DNA of 63,634 nt, filler included, from Cercozoa sp. M6MM (GCA_040357565.1; 12 parts of 12 records of this genome joined end to end with filler, not necessarily neighbours in it); one strand, 5' to 3'; counted from the first letter of the whole stretch, positions 38,372 to 51,382 are shown. The notes: a model not told the origin generated them from the letters alone. Numbers and translations are program-made.

Positions 38372-39940
38372 GTGTGTGCGTGTGTGTCTTTGTCCTCTTG
38401 GTTACTCGTTGGGATGGCGCAGGAGCCAGGTCCAAGCCGCCGTCGCAGGAGAGCGCTGCCGTGCAGCGCCGACGTCGCGCGCGTCGTCGCTCCTCCTTCG
38501 TGTCGGCCGACATGCTGCGGCAGTTTCGCCTCGAACAACAACAACAACAACAACAACGGCAACAACAACAACAACAACAACAACAGCAACAACAACAACA
38601 ACAACAACAACAAAAGGCGACCGAGTCGACGCAGAAACGCGCGCGTGCCAGTACGAAAACTGCTGGTACTGTGTTGCATTGTACTTTATTGTATTGTAAT
38701 TTTATTGTGTTCTTTATTTGTATTATACTGTGTTGTACTTTGTTGTCTTGGACTGTATTGTATTGCACTTTATTGTATGTCATTATACTGGACCGTATTT
38801 TACTTCGTTGCAGTGTATTGTATGTGTATTGTACTTTATTGCAGTGTCTTGTATTGTACTCGACCAGAGCATACCTTTTTTGTACTGTGTTTGGTTTGTG
38901 TGCTTTGTGCCAGAGTCCATATATATTTATATCATGTTCATATATGTATACTGTATGTAATTGCTGCAGAGAGCGTGGACGAGAGCGAAGAGAGAAGGAA
39001 AAGGCGGCGTCGCCGACAGTCAGTGTTCCTGCAGGACGACCAGGAGTACCTCGAGCACGACCGGTACGCTTCCTGCCTGTATGCACATGCACATGCACAT
39101 GCACGCGTGTGTGTGTTGACTGGTGTGATTGCGCAGTGTGAAGGACGAGTTGCCGCACAGCGACAGCGGCCGTTCGCTAGCGCAGCTGTTTTTTGGAGAC
39201 TGCGACCGCCGACGGCGCCACGAGATGCTTCAGCGGTACTGCATGTGTACATATGGATATGTATATTGATATCTATAAATATTTATTTATTTTTATTTAC
39301 ATCTGTGTATTGATATATATATATATATATGTATTTTATATTGATATATATATATATATATGTGTGTGTGTGCGTGTGTGTATGTGTGTGTATTTGCATG
39401 TATTATGTATCTTGCCCGGTGTGCACAGGTACCTGCGGCGTCGCTACGAGTTTCTGTTCTCTCAGCCCGAGGTACAGTGCGATGCACAAGTGCTACGCGT
39501 GTGTGTGTGCAAGTGTGCAAGTGTGCAAGTGTGCGCTGTCTGGATGTGTGACAGGCGCGTCGTTTCCGTCACCTGCGACGGCAGAAGACGCGCATCGACA
39601 CGCGCATCGCTGCCATGCGCGCCTGGCGAGACACGCAGCGGTATACCCCTCCCGCGCCAGATCCCTCGCGATGTCAGTGTAAGTCCGTATCGCTGCGCAG
39701 GGAAGAGGAGAAAGCTTCAAGGCCCAGCAGTCGTACAGTGTCACCAGACGGCAAGAGGAGGAACGCCGCCAGGGACAACAGTACCGCCAAGGGTGCCCAT
39801 GACAAGGACCAGGCCAAGGCCAAGGACAAGGCCGAGGACAAGCTTAGGGACAGGGGCAGCAGGAGCACTCGGCGACGACAAGAGTCGGCCGATTCGCGTG
39901 CCGAACGGCTGCGACGCGAGTTTCGTGCCAAGCTCGGTAG

Positions 39941-39994
<54 letters not shown>

Positions 39995-40624
39995 CAGATA
40001 TATATATATATGTATATCTGTCTGTGTATCTCTGTGTATCTATCTAACTATCTATCTATCTATCTACCTCTCTATCTACCTCTCTATCTACCTCTCTATA
40101 TACATATGTCTGCATGTACACACTGACCTTAACTCCTTGCTGACGATGCTTCTCGATGCAAGTGAGTGTATGTCGCAGGCGATGCCGACAAGAACATGCC
40201 GTTCCCTCCAGCGCCAGCCACGAGTGTTCCCTCGAGCGTTCGCAAGACGCGCAGTGCTGCCGCTGCTCCAGCGGCGCCTCCGATGGCACCTCCGCCCGGA
40301 ACGGACGACGCCCGCGCGGATCGAACGCCTCCGCGCGCACGCCGCCCGAGTCTCGGCACACGCGTCGCCACACGGCACAAGGAGCTGCGCCAGACCGTAC
40401 CTTTGTCATTGCTTGCACGCATATAAATATGTGTATGTGTATGTGTCTCAGAGACGGCGACAGCAGCGGCAGCACGACGAGAAACAAAAACTTGCGCTGC
40501 GCGTGTCACGCCAGCTGCGCAGTCGACTACGGAGTCACGGCGTCGATCCCGACACCAAGCGACACACGCTCGTGCAGCTACTCGTGGTAGGACACTATTC
40601 ACTTGGCATTACACACACACACAA

Positions 40625-40657
<33 letters not shown>

Positions 40658-41007
40658 CACACACACATACATACATGTATGCATGGTCTATGGAACCAGG
40701 TGTTGGTACCAAACAAACGACTCTCGGCAGGTTCGAGCCGTGCGGAAGTGCAGCGTGCCTACAAGAAGGGTATTAACCTAGTGAGCACACGTTGTCTCTA
40801 ATCTGTATGTATGTGCGTGTGTGTATCAAAACAGCGCTGATGAAGTTTCATCCGGACCGCGTGAAAACACGCGCCAAAACTGCACTCGAGCAGGTCGAGG
40901 CCGAGGAGATTTTTAAGCTGTTAAATGCGAGGTGTTTTTCCTCATGGGTTGTTTGGTCATTTCGATTGTGCCTATGTGCTCGTAGGTATGCTCTGGAGTT
41001 CAAGTAG
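36431..41007 (+). CDS. Large low-complexity protein with a C-terminal J (DnaJ) domain, 5'-truncated
   Basis: Ser/Arg/acidic and poly-Q exons; final exons AYKK/ALMKFHPDRVKTRAKTALEQVEAEEIFKLLNAR/YALEFK* contain the HPD motif. Confidence 0.75.
38536..38613 (+). repeat. Exonic (CAA)n poly-glutamine tract
   Basis: CAA repeats in frame: LEQQQQQQQRQQQ...QKATES. Confidence 0.85.
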
Positions 41008-41472
41008 TCGGACGGAACAGCTCTGACTGCCGCGACGCTCGGCCAACGCTAGTGGTCGCCGTTGCCACTCGTTGCGCATCGCATGTTGTGCATCGCATGC
41101 GATGCGTCGCGTGGCTTAGTAACGAGTATCCTCACCTGCGTTGACGTGAGCGCGTCCATTCAGTTGAATGGTCGATCCATTGTATGCCTCCATACGCGTA
41201 CCGTACCATCCCGTCGCATGCATGCGCCACATGCGCCAACTGACGTGAATACATGACCCCGCTCATGTCAGCGCATATTGCAACGAATTGGTTGTTGAAT
41301 TTAGTTTAAAGTACACCCACTTCAGATATCTCGTCGCGTACGGTAACTGTCCGCTATGCTAGCACTGAAAACGACCCAAAACACTCTTTAACTTCTCTCC
41401 AGTCTCAAACTTAGTTGAGACATGGATTATGACCCCACGCGGACGGGTCAGAGCAATGGCTACTGGAAGTGT

Positions 41473-42016
41473 TGTTACGAAACGGCATTTTCCATCCGGC
41501 CAGTCAGATCTCTGGTGCTCCGCGTGGAAGAAAGCTATTCATTGAGCACTTTGAGAAGTGTGGTGTATTGTGTTTGTCTGGTACCCTGACCTCTCCGAGA
41601 GTGTTGCTAACCTCCTTACCCTGTGTTTGGTAGACTGACCTCGAAAGAGCAAGATTTTGCTCCTTTCCTGAAAAGGCTCTCTACTCACCAGGTAAAGCAC
41701 CTCTCCAGGCCCCAGTCCTTGCACTCTCACGGAATCCCTTGTTGCTGTCTTCCCAGCACAGAGAGCCTTTCTTTTTCTCCTTTACGTCCCTCCTTCTCCT
41801 TCCTTCCTTCTTCTGACTACCGGGCCTCTCTTCCTTCCCGACCAGTCTACTTCCTGTACTTTGCCGACCCTATCTTGGGGTAACTACCTCTGAACTGACT
41901 ACGTCTACTGACTCAATTCTTCTTCACATCGATTCCATTTGTTTCTTTAGTCTTTTTCCTGGCATAGTACTCTTTTGCACTACCAAAGCCTCAATTTCTG
42001 AAAGGCTGCGGTAACA
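41473..42016 (+). repeat. Putative 5' LTR (544 nt)
   Basis: Begins TGTTAC (41473) and ends GTAACA (42016), a 6-nt terminal inverted repeat with TG...CA ends, directly followed by a PBS-like sequence. No 3' LTR is available to confirm. Confidence 0.7.
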
Positions 42017-42019
42017 AAT

Positions 42020-42037
42020 TGGTACGAGATCCGAGGA
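42020..42037 (+). promoter_or_regulatory. Putative primer-binding site TGGTACGAGATCCGAGGA
   Basis: Starts with TGG (complement of the tRNA CCA end), 3 nt after the LTR-terminal CA. TGGTA implies a tRNA ending U72-A73-CCA, as in initiator tRNA-Met. Confidence 0.65.
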
Positions 42038-42107
42038 GGATCGACCAGCCAGCTCTCGCAACCGAAGCATCTCGTGGTCAGCTAGAAGAAAAAGAGCATC
42101 TTCTGCT

Positions 42108-45100
42108 ATGTCACGACCAAACTCATCTGTCAGCTCTCGAGCAATGAAGGACGAGCATGCGGATTTTGATGAGGAAACCTTCGAAACCTCCAATCCTTCA
42201 AAAGACACCTTGTCGTCGCGTTTGGACGCGCATGACAAGTACTTCCAAGAAATCAACGACGTTCTCGTTGCCATACGAACTCGGCTGGACGCACGTGATG
42301 AGCGCCTAGACGAAGTTCTCGACCATATAAAGTCGCGAGATAAGTCACTTCAAGAACAAAACGCACAACTTGTTGAGCTCGCTCACTCCCAGTCGCAGTT
42401 TCAAGCGAAGTGCTCTCAATTTCACGACGAAGTGAATCAGCGGTTTTCTAGTCTAGAGAATGACAATGCTTCTCCGCCGCAGGAGATTCCCATGGACGTG
42501 TCAAGTACTACTGCCACGTCAGACTTGAAAACACTTCCACCGGAGATACTTTCCGACTTCTCTGTCGCTAACCTCAAAGGAAAGTATCTGCGCGAGCACG
42601 TCCAACTTGAAAAGGAAATTGAGTCACGAGAAAGGCTCGGTTGTAAGATTCACACGGAGTGTTTCAAAGCCCTAGAGGCATTGAATCGCACTCTGAATCT
42701 CTTCACCATTTCAGGTTCCTCGTTTCCCTTGGTGGAACTGGAAAAGTTGAAGAATGACTTCCTCAATAAGCTTGCGTTGAACACTCTGGCGTGTCGTCTC
42801 CCAATGTCAGTGATTTTGGAAGCTTTCATCTCCAAACTGAAAGGAAAGAGAATTGAAACTCTTGTGAGACTCTTTCTTTTCGAGAAGAGCCCGCGTCAAA
42901 GAACAGTGACGAATCTCACGAGCTACCTGCAGAACGCCATCGAGGAGCAAGTGGGTCACTCTTTGCTCGCTGAAGTGAGAGACTCTCTGGATCAACTACG
43001 ATTCGACCCGAGAAGAGATGATTTCAATGACTTCATCTTCGTGTTCATCGACCGAGTTCAACTTTATGCGGCAGTGTCTGGTTCGCTTTCGGATACTGAA
43101 GCCATCGCAATGCTCCGATCGAAGCTTCCCAGGGCGCTGACGGATACCTATGATGAGTACCGTCTCTTTGAAGAAAGACAACGTGAGCACCTGCCGAAAA
43201 CCATTGGGTGGGCCATCAACTACGTGTTGAAACGGGCCTATTTCGCTTGGAAGCGCACTGTCTCAAGTTCTACGAATAAAACGACGAAGACAGTCACTGG
43301 CAAGCTTTCGCACTTGGCTTCGAACTTGAAAGCAGAGAAAAGAATGATGACGAAACCGAAGCTGTCTTCCATCGCCACCGAGACACCGCTGGCGAAGCCC
43401 AAGAAGCTGAGTAACACCGTTCAGCGACATTGCAGTGCATGCAACATGGATGGCCATACCGAAGAGACATGCTTTACACGATTTCCTCACAAGGCTCCTC
43501 CGCGTTTGCGACGTTACTACCTTGAAAAGAACAAGCAACTCAAAAAGATGCTCGGTATCGGCGATGAACCGGAAAAGGAAGGCTCTGCGACATCACTTCA
43601 CTTTATTAACGGTGAGGAACACGAAGCCGACAAGATTGTCACTTCCTTTGCTTTCCGAGCATCGCTAGGTGACGCGGAATCACCACTTGAAGTATTGTTC
43701 GACACGGGTGCTAGGATCACGCGCCACGATTTCCTGCTCGAACAGGGAGCCTATCAAGTGTTGCGAAATTCTGGAAAGATTGGTCGCTTCGATCCGTTGC
43801 CCCCGCAAGCACAAACAAGTGTCATTGTGAGTGGAAAACACGAAGGTGCGAAGAATGCGATTCCAATTCTGGGCGAACTCTCGACATCTGTCACCCTTAC
43901 CGACAAGGAAGAAAGAAAGCATACTCTCTCCTGTCGAGTGGCAGTGATCGAAGACTTGAACGCAACACAAGAAGCCGTTGCAACCCAGAGGTTTATGCTC
44001 CGGCATCACATCTCAATGCACCTATGTCGTCGAAGTGGTTGCCTTGAGTTCAAGAAACATGGCTTCGTAGTGCCGTTCTTGCCTGCTGAGAATGCCTACA
44101 ATTCGAAGCGGCAATCTTGTCATGCACTCGGTCTTCTTCCCGTCGTGTCTGCTACTTGCGCTGCCTCGACAGTTGTCAAAATACCTCCGCGCAATTTGGC
44201 GAAGTTGCCTATTTCTTTTGACATTGAAGCCTTTCCTGAGTCAGCTACGACAGTTGCTTTTGAACCCTCTGCATCGCTCTTTCCGCAAATATCTGAGGTG
44301 CCAAGTCTGATGCTCCTCGACTTGCAAAAGCACAAGAAAGACGCAGTCTTCGCTCTACCACTACTGAACAGTTCTCAGGATGTTCTTGAACTGTCTCCAG
44401 GAGACTCAATCGGGAAAGTCGAGTGCTTCTTCTCTGAAGACCACGAACTGGTGTATTCCAATAACGATCTGTCCCCTCGCGCCTCGACGACGGACCTCGA
44501 CTGGCGCTTTGGAGTTCCCGAGTCTCTTCGTGATATCTTGTCCGCATCGATCTTTGAACAGTTGAAAAAAGACATGCGGTCCGCTCACACCATTTGCAGT
44601 CAAGACAAACACTGGCAGACCGACTACAAAACGGGTTTAGAGCAACTGAACAAGGTCAAGCTTGGTGATCATTTGGTCGCAGAGCAAAAGAGTCAACTCC
44701 GTTCACTCTTAAAGCAGTTTGCTGAAGTCTTTTCGTTTCCTCGCACGATGTATACGAAGCCCGCGCATGTTGAAATGAAAGCAGATGCAAAACCTTCGGT
44801 GGTGAAACCTCGATTCCGATCACCTAAAGTTGAAGCTCTGGCAGACAAGCTCTTCGAACAATATCTTGAGGAAGGAGTAGCCAAGCACATCTTGAGTCCA
44901 TGGCTAAGCGAAAACGTGTACGTCCGAAAACACGATGGTTCTATTCGGGCATGCACCGACTACTCAACGTTGGTGAATCCACAAACAAAGCCAATGAGCT
45001 GCGTAATTCCCCGCTCGCGTGACATCTTTGCAGCCATGTCGCATTTCTCCATTATGTTCCGTCTTGATGCGACAAGAGGTTTCTGGCAAGTTCCGATTGA

Positions 45101-47530
45101 CGAAGCTTCACAAGAAATTTTCGCCTTTCGAACTCGCAGGGGGCCATTGACGTGGACTCGTCTCCCCTTTGGGTGGGTGAATAGTCCGATGGTCTTCCAA
45201 GAGATCATGAACACCACCTTCTCCGAGCTACTTTGGAACTCTCTTTTCATCTACATCGACGATATCATTGGTGGAGCCAGCTCTTTCGATCAACTGCTAG
45301 CAAGGCTGTATCAAGTGTTTACGCGTTGTCGACGAGTTCGACTTCGGTTGAACCCAACGAAGTGTGCTCTTGCAGTTTTGTCTACCGAAATATTGGGCTT
45401 TCGGATTGACCTGCGGCAAGGCACGCGATCGATTAGCCCTGCTCGCGTCGACGCCATCAGCAACTTGCAGTCACCCACGAACAAATCAGAAGTCAGGTCC
45501 GCTTTGGGCGCCTTCACATTCTTCCGTGACTTCATCGACAAATTCTCTGACATTGCGCTGCCACTCACGCACCTATTGCGTGACAACACTACATTCTCAT
45601 GGTCAGAAGTCGAGCAAGTCGCCTTTGATGCACTCAAAAGGTCGTTAATCGCAGCACCAGTCTTGTCACTACCCCGTTCCGATCTCCCATTTGTTCTCGC
45701 TTTCGACGCAAGCGACACCGCAACGGGCTATGTCCTCATGCAACATCACGAGGACGATCGTTTTCACCCCTGTGCATTCGGCTCTCGAAAATTCAATGCG
45801 ACACAACTGAACTGGCCTGTTGAGGAGAAAGAACTGTTTTCCCTCGTCTCCGCTACTCGTGAGCACCGACCTCTCCTCATAGCTTCTCCTTTCGTGGCAC
45901 TTACCGACAATCGAAACCTCATGTGTCGAGCCGTGAAGAAAACCTCCAAGTTGGCAAGATGGGACTGTGAGCTCGCAGACTTTCGCTTCACCCTCTTGCA
46001 CGTTCCTGGAAAGTATAACGTCATCCCAGATGCACTTTCGCGACTACCTTCAATTTCACTGCCCTTTACAGAGGCAGAAATTCTGCCTTGGATCGGACCG
46101 GAAGATGATTCCTTTTCTTTCTCGGTGCCCTCAACCACTTTGTGTGACAGGCCTACCCACGAAGTGATTGGTCGCTTGTGTGACACTCTCCACCAAGGAA
46201 GAGTGAGCAAAGATCCTCAACTGTTCGAGCTTCCCTCTGTCGAAGAAATCGCTGAAACCCAGAAGGAAGACCCGCGCTTGAAACTTGTCATTGCACATCT
46301 CTCGGACCCTGAAGCCCATGACTTTGATACGCTTCCAGAGAACCTTCGACCCTTTGTCTCAAGGTTTCTTATTCAAGGAGAAGAACAGACTTTGTTCCTT
46401 CGTAATGACAAGGACGTCATTGTTCGCGTGGTGCCTCAGGAACTACAGTACTCTGTGCTGCACTATCTACATGACTCTCCGTTTGGCGCTCACGTGGGAA
46501 ACCCCAAGTTAATCTCTGCTCTCGAACAACGCTTTTGGTGGCCTTCAATGCGCCGAGATGCACGAGAATTCGTCAAAACGTGCGTCACTTGTCAACTGCA
46601 GAAGTCCAGCACTCACCGTTCTTCAGTTCCTCTCAAGTCGTTCATTGCGATACGTCCATTCCAAATCATTGGGATTGACCTGGTGGGACCGCTTCCTACG
46701 GACGAAGAAGGACACCGTTGGATCTTCGTCTGTATCGACAAGTTCAGTCGCTTCACCGAAGCTCTCCCCATGAAAACAACAACTGCGGAAGATATCGCCA
46801 AGATTATTGTGCCTATCTTTCTTCGCTATGGCATTCCATCTTCAGTTCTTTCTGACCGAGACCCGCGCTTTCTCTCGTCTATCTTTGAAGAAATCTCGAA
46901 AATCCTGCATGTCAAGACGCTTCGAACAACCGCGTATCACCCACAATGCAACGGCGTGACCGAGCGTTTCAACAGGTTCTTGAGCACGTCTCTTGCAATG
47001 TTAACACGACAATTCAACGAAGAAGATACCCACGCTTGGCCAACCCTGCTTCCATTGATTACCTTTGCCTACAACACAACCGAGAACTTTGCGACGAAAT
47101 TCACTCCTTTTGAATTGGTGTTTGGGCGAAAACCTCGATTACCAGCCGAAACTGAAGCTTTCACACCTGGCCTCAACTTGCCAGACTCTTCCAAGGATTT
47201 CATCAAGCACCTTCGCAAAGATCTACGTCGCTTGCAGGAACTCGCGAACAAAAACCAACGCGAATACGCAAAACGATACTCTCCTGACAACATCGGCAAC
47301 GGAAAGCACCTTTTCTTGTCCGGCGACATGGTATTGCGCTCGATTTCGAAAGTCCCACCACCTGTAGGACTACCTCGTGGAACTAAGAAGTTTTTACCAC
47401 GTTGGGATGGCCCTTGGATTATTGTCAAACGGATGCCCAATGGAGTCAATTATCGGGCAACCAACGGCAACAACGAAACACGAGTACTTAACGTTCGCGA
47501 AATCAAGCCCTACTTCGGAGAAGACGCTTC
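42108..47530 (+). CDS. Gag-Pol polyprotein (more than 1800 aa, intronless, no stop before the contig end)
   Basis: CCHC knuckle CSACNMDGHTEETC (43431); protease LFDTGA (43701); RT LPFG...YIDD (45252); RNase H DASD...EKEL...LTD; integrase H-H-C-C, IGIDL/SDRD/ERFN catalytic residues; GPY/F-like WDGPW. Confidence 0.97.
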
Positions 47531-47657
47531 NNNNNNNNNNNNNNNNNNNNNNNNNNNNNNNNNNNNNNNNNNNNTTAATTAATTAANNNNNNNNNNNNNN
47601 NNNNNNNNNNNNNNNNNNNNNNNNNNNNNNGTGTGGTTTGGATTATATTTGTACAGA

Positions 47658-47834
47658 TGAAGGACAAGTTCGGCTCACTGGGCGCACTCGTGCCTGGTAT
47701 GGACATGGGAAACCACAGGTACCGTGAGCCGGTGCAGTGGGCCTACAATCCCGCCGTCTGGGTTGGCATTGAGTGCGCGCGCGACTACCACAAGCGTACA
47801 CCATTTCCCCACCACCCACCCGCTTTACCCCCCT

Positions 47835-47874
<40 letters not shown>

Positions 47875-49860
47875 GCACACGCACACGCACATACACACAC
47901 ACACACAGATGAGGAGGTGTGCAACAACTACGGAGCCAAGAGCAACGAACAGCTGCTGCTTGGCTACGGTTTCGCGCTGGAGGATAACCGCCACAGCGAG
48001 TGGCGTTTCTCTTTGCGTGTGAGTGACCACCTGGATCAGCGACTGCGACGGTTTGATTTGGAGAAACGCACATTCTACGTGCCGCTGGAGGTCGCCGAGG
48101 CCGCACTGGAGGATCTCGAGGCCACGCTGACGGTGTGCGCACTCAGTGATCAGCAAGTGCCACTGGTCACTCACACCGTGAGTGACACCGCCACTGGTGA
48201 CACTGACCACAGCACGGCAACCGGCAGTGATCACTCGACGGTGAAAACCGTCGGCTTCGCGACGACACCCGAGAAGCGCGTCAGTCTGCACAACGCCCCA
48301 TTGTCGGTACCCCTGCTTCGTGATCATCCACATGATTACTCGCGTGGCCTCTCACGTGTTCACCCATGTGGTCGATCACGAACCGTCATGAGTGCAGGCA
48401 CGTCTGTCGGGTCTGTCGCAAGCGCTCGCGGTCGTGGCTACAAAATTCGCCATGTTCGGTCGGGTCACGCCTGACTACGCGCACGTGACTTGACTTTTAC
48501 CAGTCTCCCCCGCCTTCCCGTTTACTTCCCCTGTACAGCGTTTTCCCTTTTGCAGAAGGACGTGCGGCCTTTCATTGGCATGTGCGCCAAGCGATATCGC
48601 GAGTCGCAGCGACAGGCGATGCGTGCGGCCGAGAGACATTTTTTGTGTCGCATGCGCACTCTGTGTACCGTCTGCCTTACCCCTCCATTTATCAATTTTG
48701 TTCTTTCTTGAGCTCTCTGCATACAGGGCAAGAAGTGCACAAGTTGCAAGTTCGAGAGGCATCGCCGATCGATGAGACAGTTTCGCTCTCAATCGATTCG
48801 ACCGGTCGTGTTTGCACGTCTTCTGAAGGTTTGTTTAAGGGGATTAATTGTCTTTACGTGTGTACTGTCTATGTGAACTATGAATGTACAGGTGTGCTCA
48901 CGTTGGACAAGGCACTTCTGTTGACAGAGGCAGACTTGCGGAAGAAGGCGCCAAAGATGGCGGCCATTGTCGATGCGTACGCCGACAGCTTGGAGGTATT
49001 CTTTGACCTCTCTTGGGCACAATAATCCTATCTAACCCATGCTACAGGAGGATACACGTCTCGCCTTGCTTTTGTGTGCACTGGACACGACTGAAAACGT
49101 ATGGTACAAGAGTGTACTGGAGAGTACCGAGAAACACGCACAAAGCGATGCTGTCACTTCGCTCGTTCTGCGTGAGGATGCACCTGATGTACATTTAACC
49201 ATAGCTTTTCGCTGCTTTATGCCTCAACACCTTGAGAGTTCAGTTTGGTGCGCTGACGCAAAGTCTGCCGCTGTTTGCGCCGTTCTTTGGCAGTTTGGAG
49301 GAGCAGCGACAGGTGTTGGAGGTGAGAGTTTTATCTGTGCTGATATATATATATATATATATATATGGTGAGAGTTTTATTTGTACTGATATATATATAT
49401 ATATATATATATATTGTTCACGTTGTGTACAGAGCGTGCACCAGCTGCTGCTGCTGTCGGCAGAGACAGCTCAAGTTTCCCTTCGGCAGTGGCTGCTCAC
49501 GTGGCACCTCACGGCCTGCAATTCCGTGCAGATCGCACTTGCCGATGATACTGGTGTACAGTCATGTATTGCCATGTTGCCTGGTCTCGTCACTCCGCAC
49601 AGAAGTAACTAACCTTGGCTTTCAATGTTCCCTGACCTATGTATTTTGAGTTTGTACTGACAGACGCACTATGTGTGAAGAACGGCATGAGTGGCACGGT
49701 GCAGTACTACGCAGCACCCTCTGTGTGCAACGGTGCCATCGTGCGACCATTGTACCCTCTTCTACAACCTGCCCTGCACATTCATGTCTCATCTAATTTA
49801 CAGCAACGACACTGACGAGTTTGAAGCCTTTGTGGCCTGTCCTTTTGCCGAGCTGCCGTG
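47658..49860 (+). CDS. SET-domain protein lysine methyltransferase (Rubisco-LSMT/SETD3/Efm1-like), truncated at both ends
   Basis: ALVPGMDMGNH and EEVCNNYGAKSNEQLLLGYGFALEDN are signature motifs of this SET class. Confidence 0.85.
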
Positions 49861-49879
49861 TAACCTTTACTTTTAATCT

Positions 49880-49937
<58 letters not shown>

Positions 49938-50037
49938 NNNNNNNNNNNNNNNNNNNNNNNNNNNNNNNNNNNNNNNNNNNNTTAATTAATTAANNNNNNN
50001 NNNNNNNNNNNNNNNNNNNNNNNNNNNNNNNNNNNNN

Positions 50038-50098
<61 letters not shown>

Positions 50099-50170
50099 CA
50101 CACACACGCACACACACACACACGCACATTAAAAGAATTACACACACAAGCACACGAGCACAAACAAAAG

Positions 50171-50601
50171 GTACCACGTAGCGTTAGATTCAGCTCTTCG
50201 GCAACGAAAGTAATTGTAGACAGTTTTGTTTCGTAGGATCCAATTGGATCGTCGTCGTTCTCATACCCTAACGTGATTCCTCCTCTTGACAACCGAATCT
50301 GCTCTGCCTGAGCAAAGGCAATGACGCAGCATATTTGAAAGAATGAAGGAGCGTCAAAGAGAAAGCGGCAGGCCGTACCGGAAGCTGCATCGCTGGAACT
50401 GCCTCGCGACGCACATCACCCACAGTGTCATTTACCGTTAGTTCTAACTTTAGCATTCTTCTGCCGGGTAAGCGCAACCGCACCGACACTTTTTTCTCGC
50501 CGCTGCCTCCTAAAAAGGCAAGGACAAACAAATTGGTGGCTTTTTATCGGTTAAAACAGTCACAGTCTCAAACCTGAAATGGTGAACTCACGCGACGTCA
50601 T
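50171..50601 (-). CDS. Protein with an N-terminal ubiquitin-like/UBX-like domain, 3'-truncated
   Basis: MTSREFTIS/GGSGEKKVSVRLRLPGRRMLKLELTVNDTVGDVRRE.../AEQIRLSRGGITL, a beta-grasp-like pattern. Confidence 0.45.
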
Positions 50602-50820
50602 CGAACGTGGGCAGAGCACTTGGCAAAAACTCCAAAAAGTAATTTCAACCCCTCCAACCAATAGGTGATGTGCTCCTCCGGTACAAAGATCTGGACAGAA
50701 AACGTGCTTTGAGAAATCGGATTTCTGATCGGTACCTTTTTGCATTACCGGTGGCGCGAGATCCTCCCGCCATCCCACGATCGTATCGTACGGTACGGTA
50801 GCGCAGGAAACTACGCGATG

Positions 50821-51382
50821 CTAATGATCGCACGCCGTTGGAGGTGTTGACGAGACAGAAAATGGCGAAGTGTCGTTTTTCCTGGCCACGAAGCAGCCGT
50901 CGGTAAACGCGCACATTGAGCGACTGTTCATTGTCAGCATAGCCACTGATTCCGTCCTCACGCACGCTCGAATGCAGCAGCGTGAAACCGGCGCTTTCGA
51001 TGACCTTCAAAAGCTCCTGGAATGAGAGATGCAGCGGGGGTTCTTCATTGTCGTGCACGTGCCACTATCTCAGTGCACACACTGGGAAGTGATGGAAAGG
51101 TAAAATTTATAAACTGGGTACAGTGAGGGGGCCACTGTTGACCCAGACACCACCGTTAGCATATCGTGAATGAGTTGAATTAAGAAACACGTTGCCACGG
51201 CGTCTGCAGCGTACACTAACAGTTAGTGGTACAGATCAAGCAAGTGGACACACAAGTGGAAACAGACCAAAGTGTCGATCTTTGTGTTGCTCGAAAAAGT
51301 GGCCAGCACAGAAGGAGATTACGAGGTCGTCCAGTCCTTCCATCGAGACGTCAGGTACTACCAAAGAGAATGGCCCGGTATA
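50821..51382 (-). pseudogene. Decayed CARNMT1/N2227-like methyltransferase fragment
   Basis: VVPDV...SFCAGHF.../DAVATCF, then a missing FIDTAxNxxxY-type segment, a frame change before GGVWVNSGPLT/WH, LHLSFQELLKVIESAGF, and a second frame change before FVARK. No N-terminal SAM-binding motif found upstream. Confidence 0.7.

Larger units (their letters stand above)
41473..47530 (+). mobile_element. Ty3/Gypsy LTR retrotransposon; 3' end lost at the contig break
   Basis: Putative 5' LTR, PBS and a single gag-pol ORF in PR-RT-RH-IN order, which is diagnostic of Ty3/Gypsy. Confidence 0.97.

Noticed and set aside
37716-39313. Long ORFs rich in CV, HT, YI or poly-C/L/N from the ORF track
   Set aside because: These are translations of intronic microsatellites or antisense frames, not proteins.
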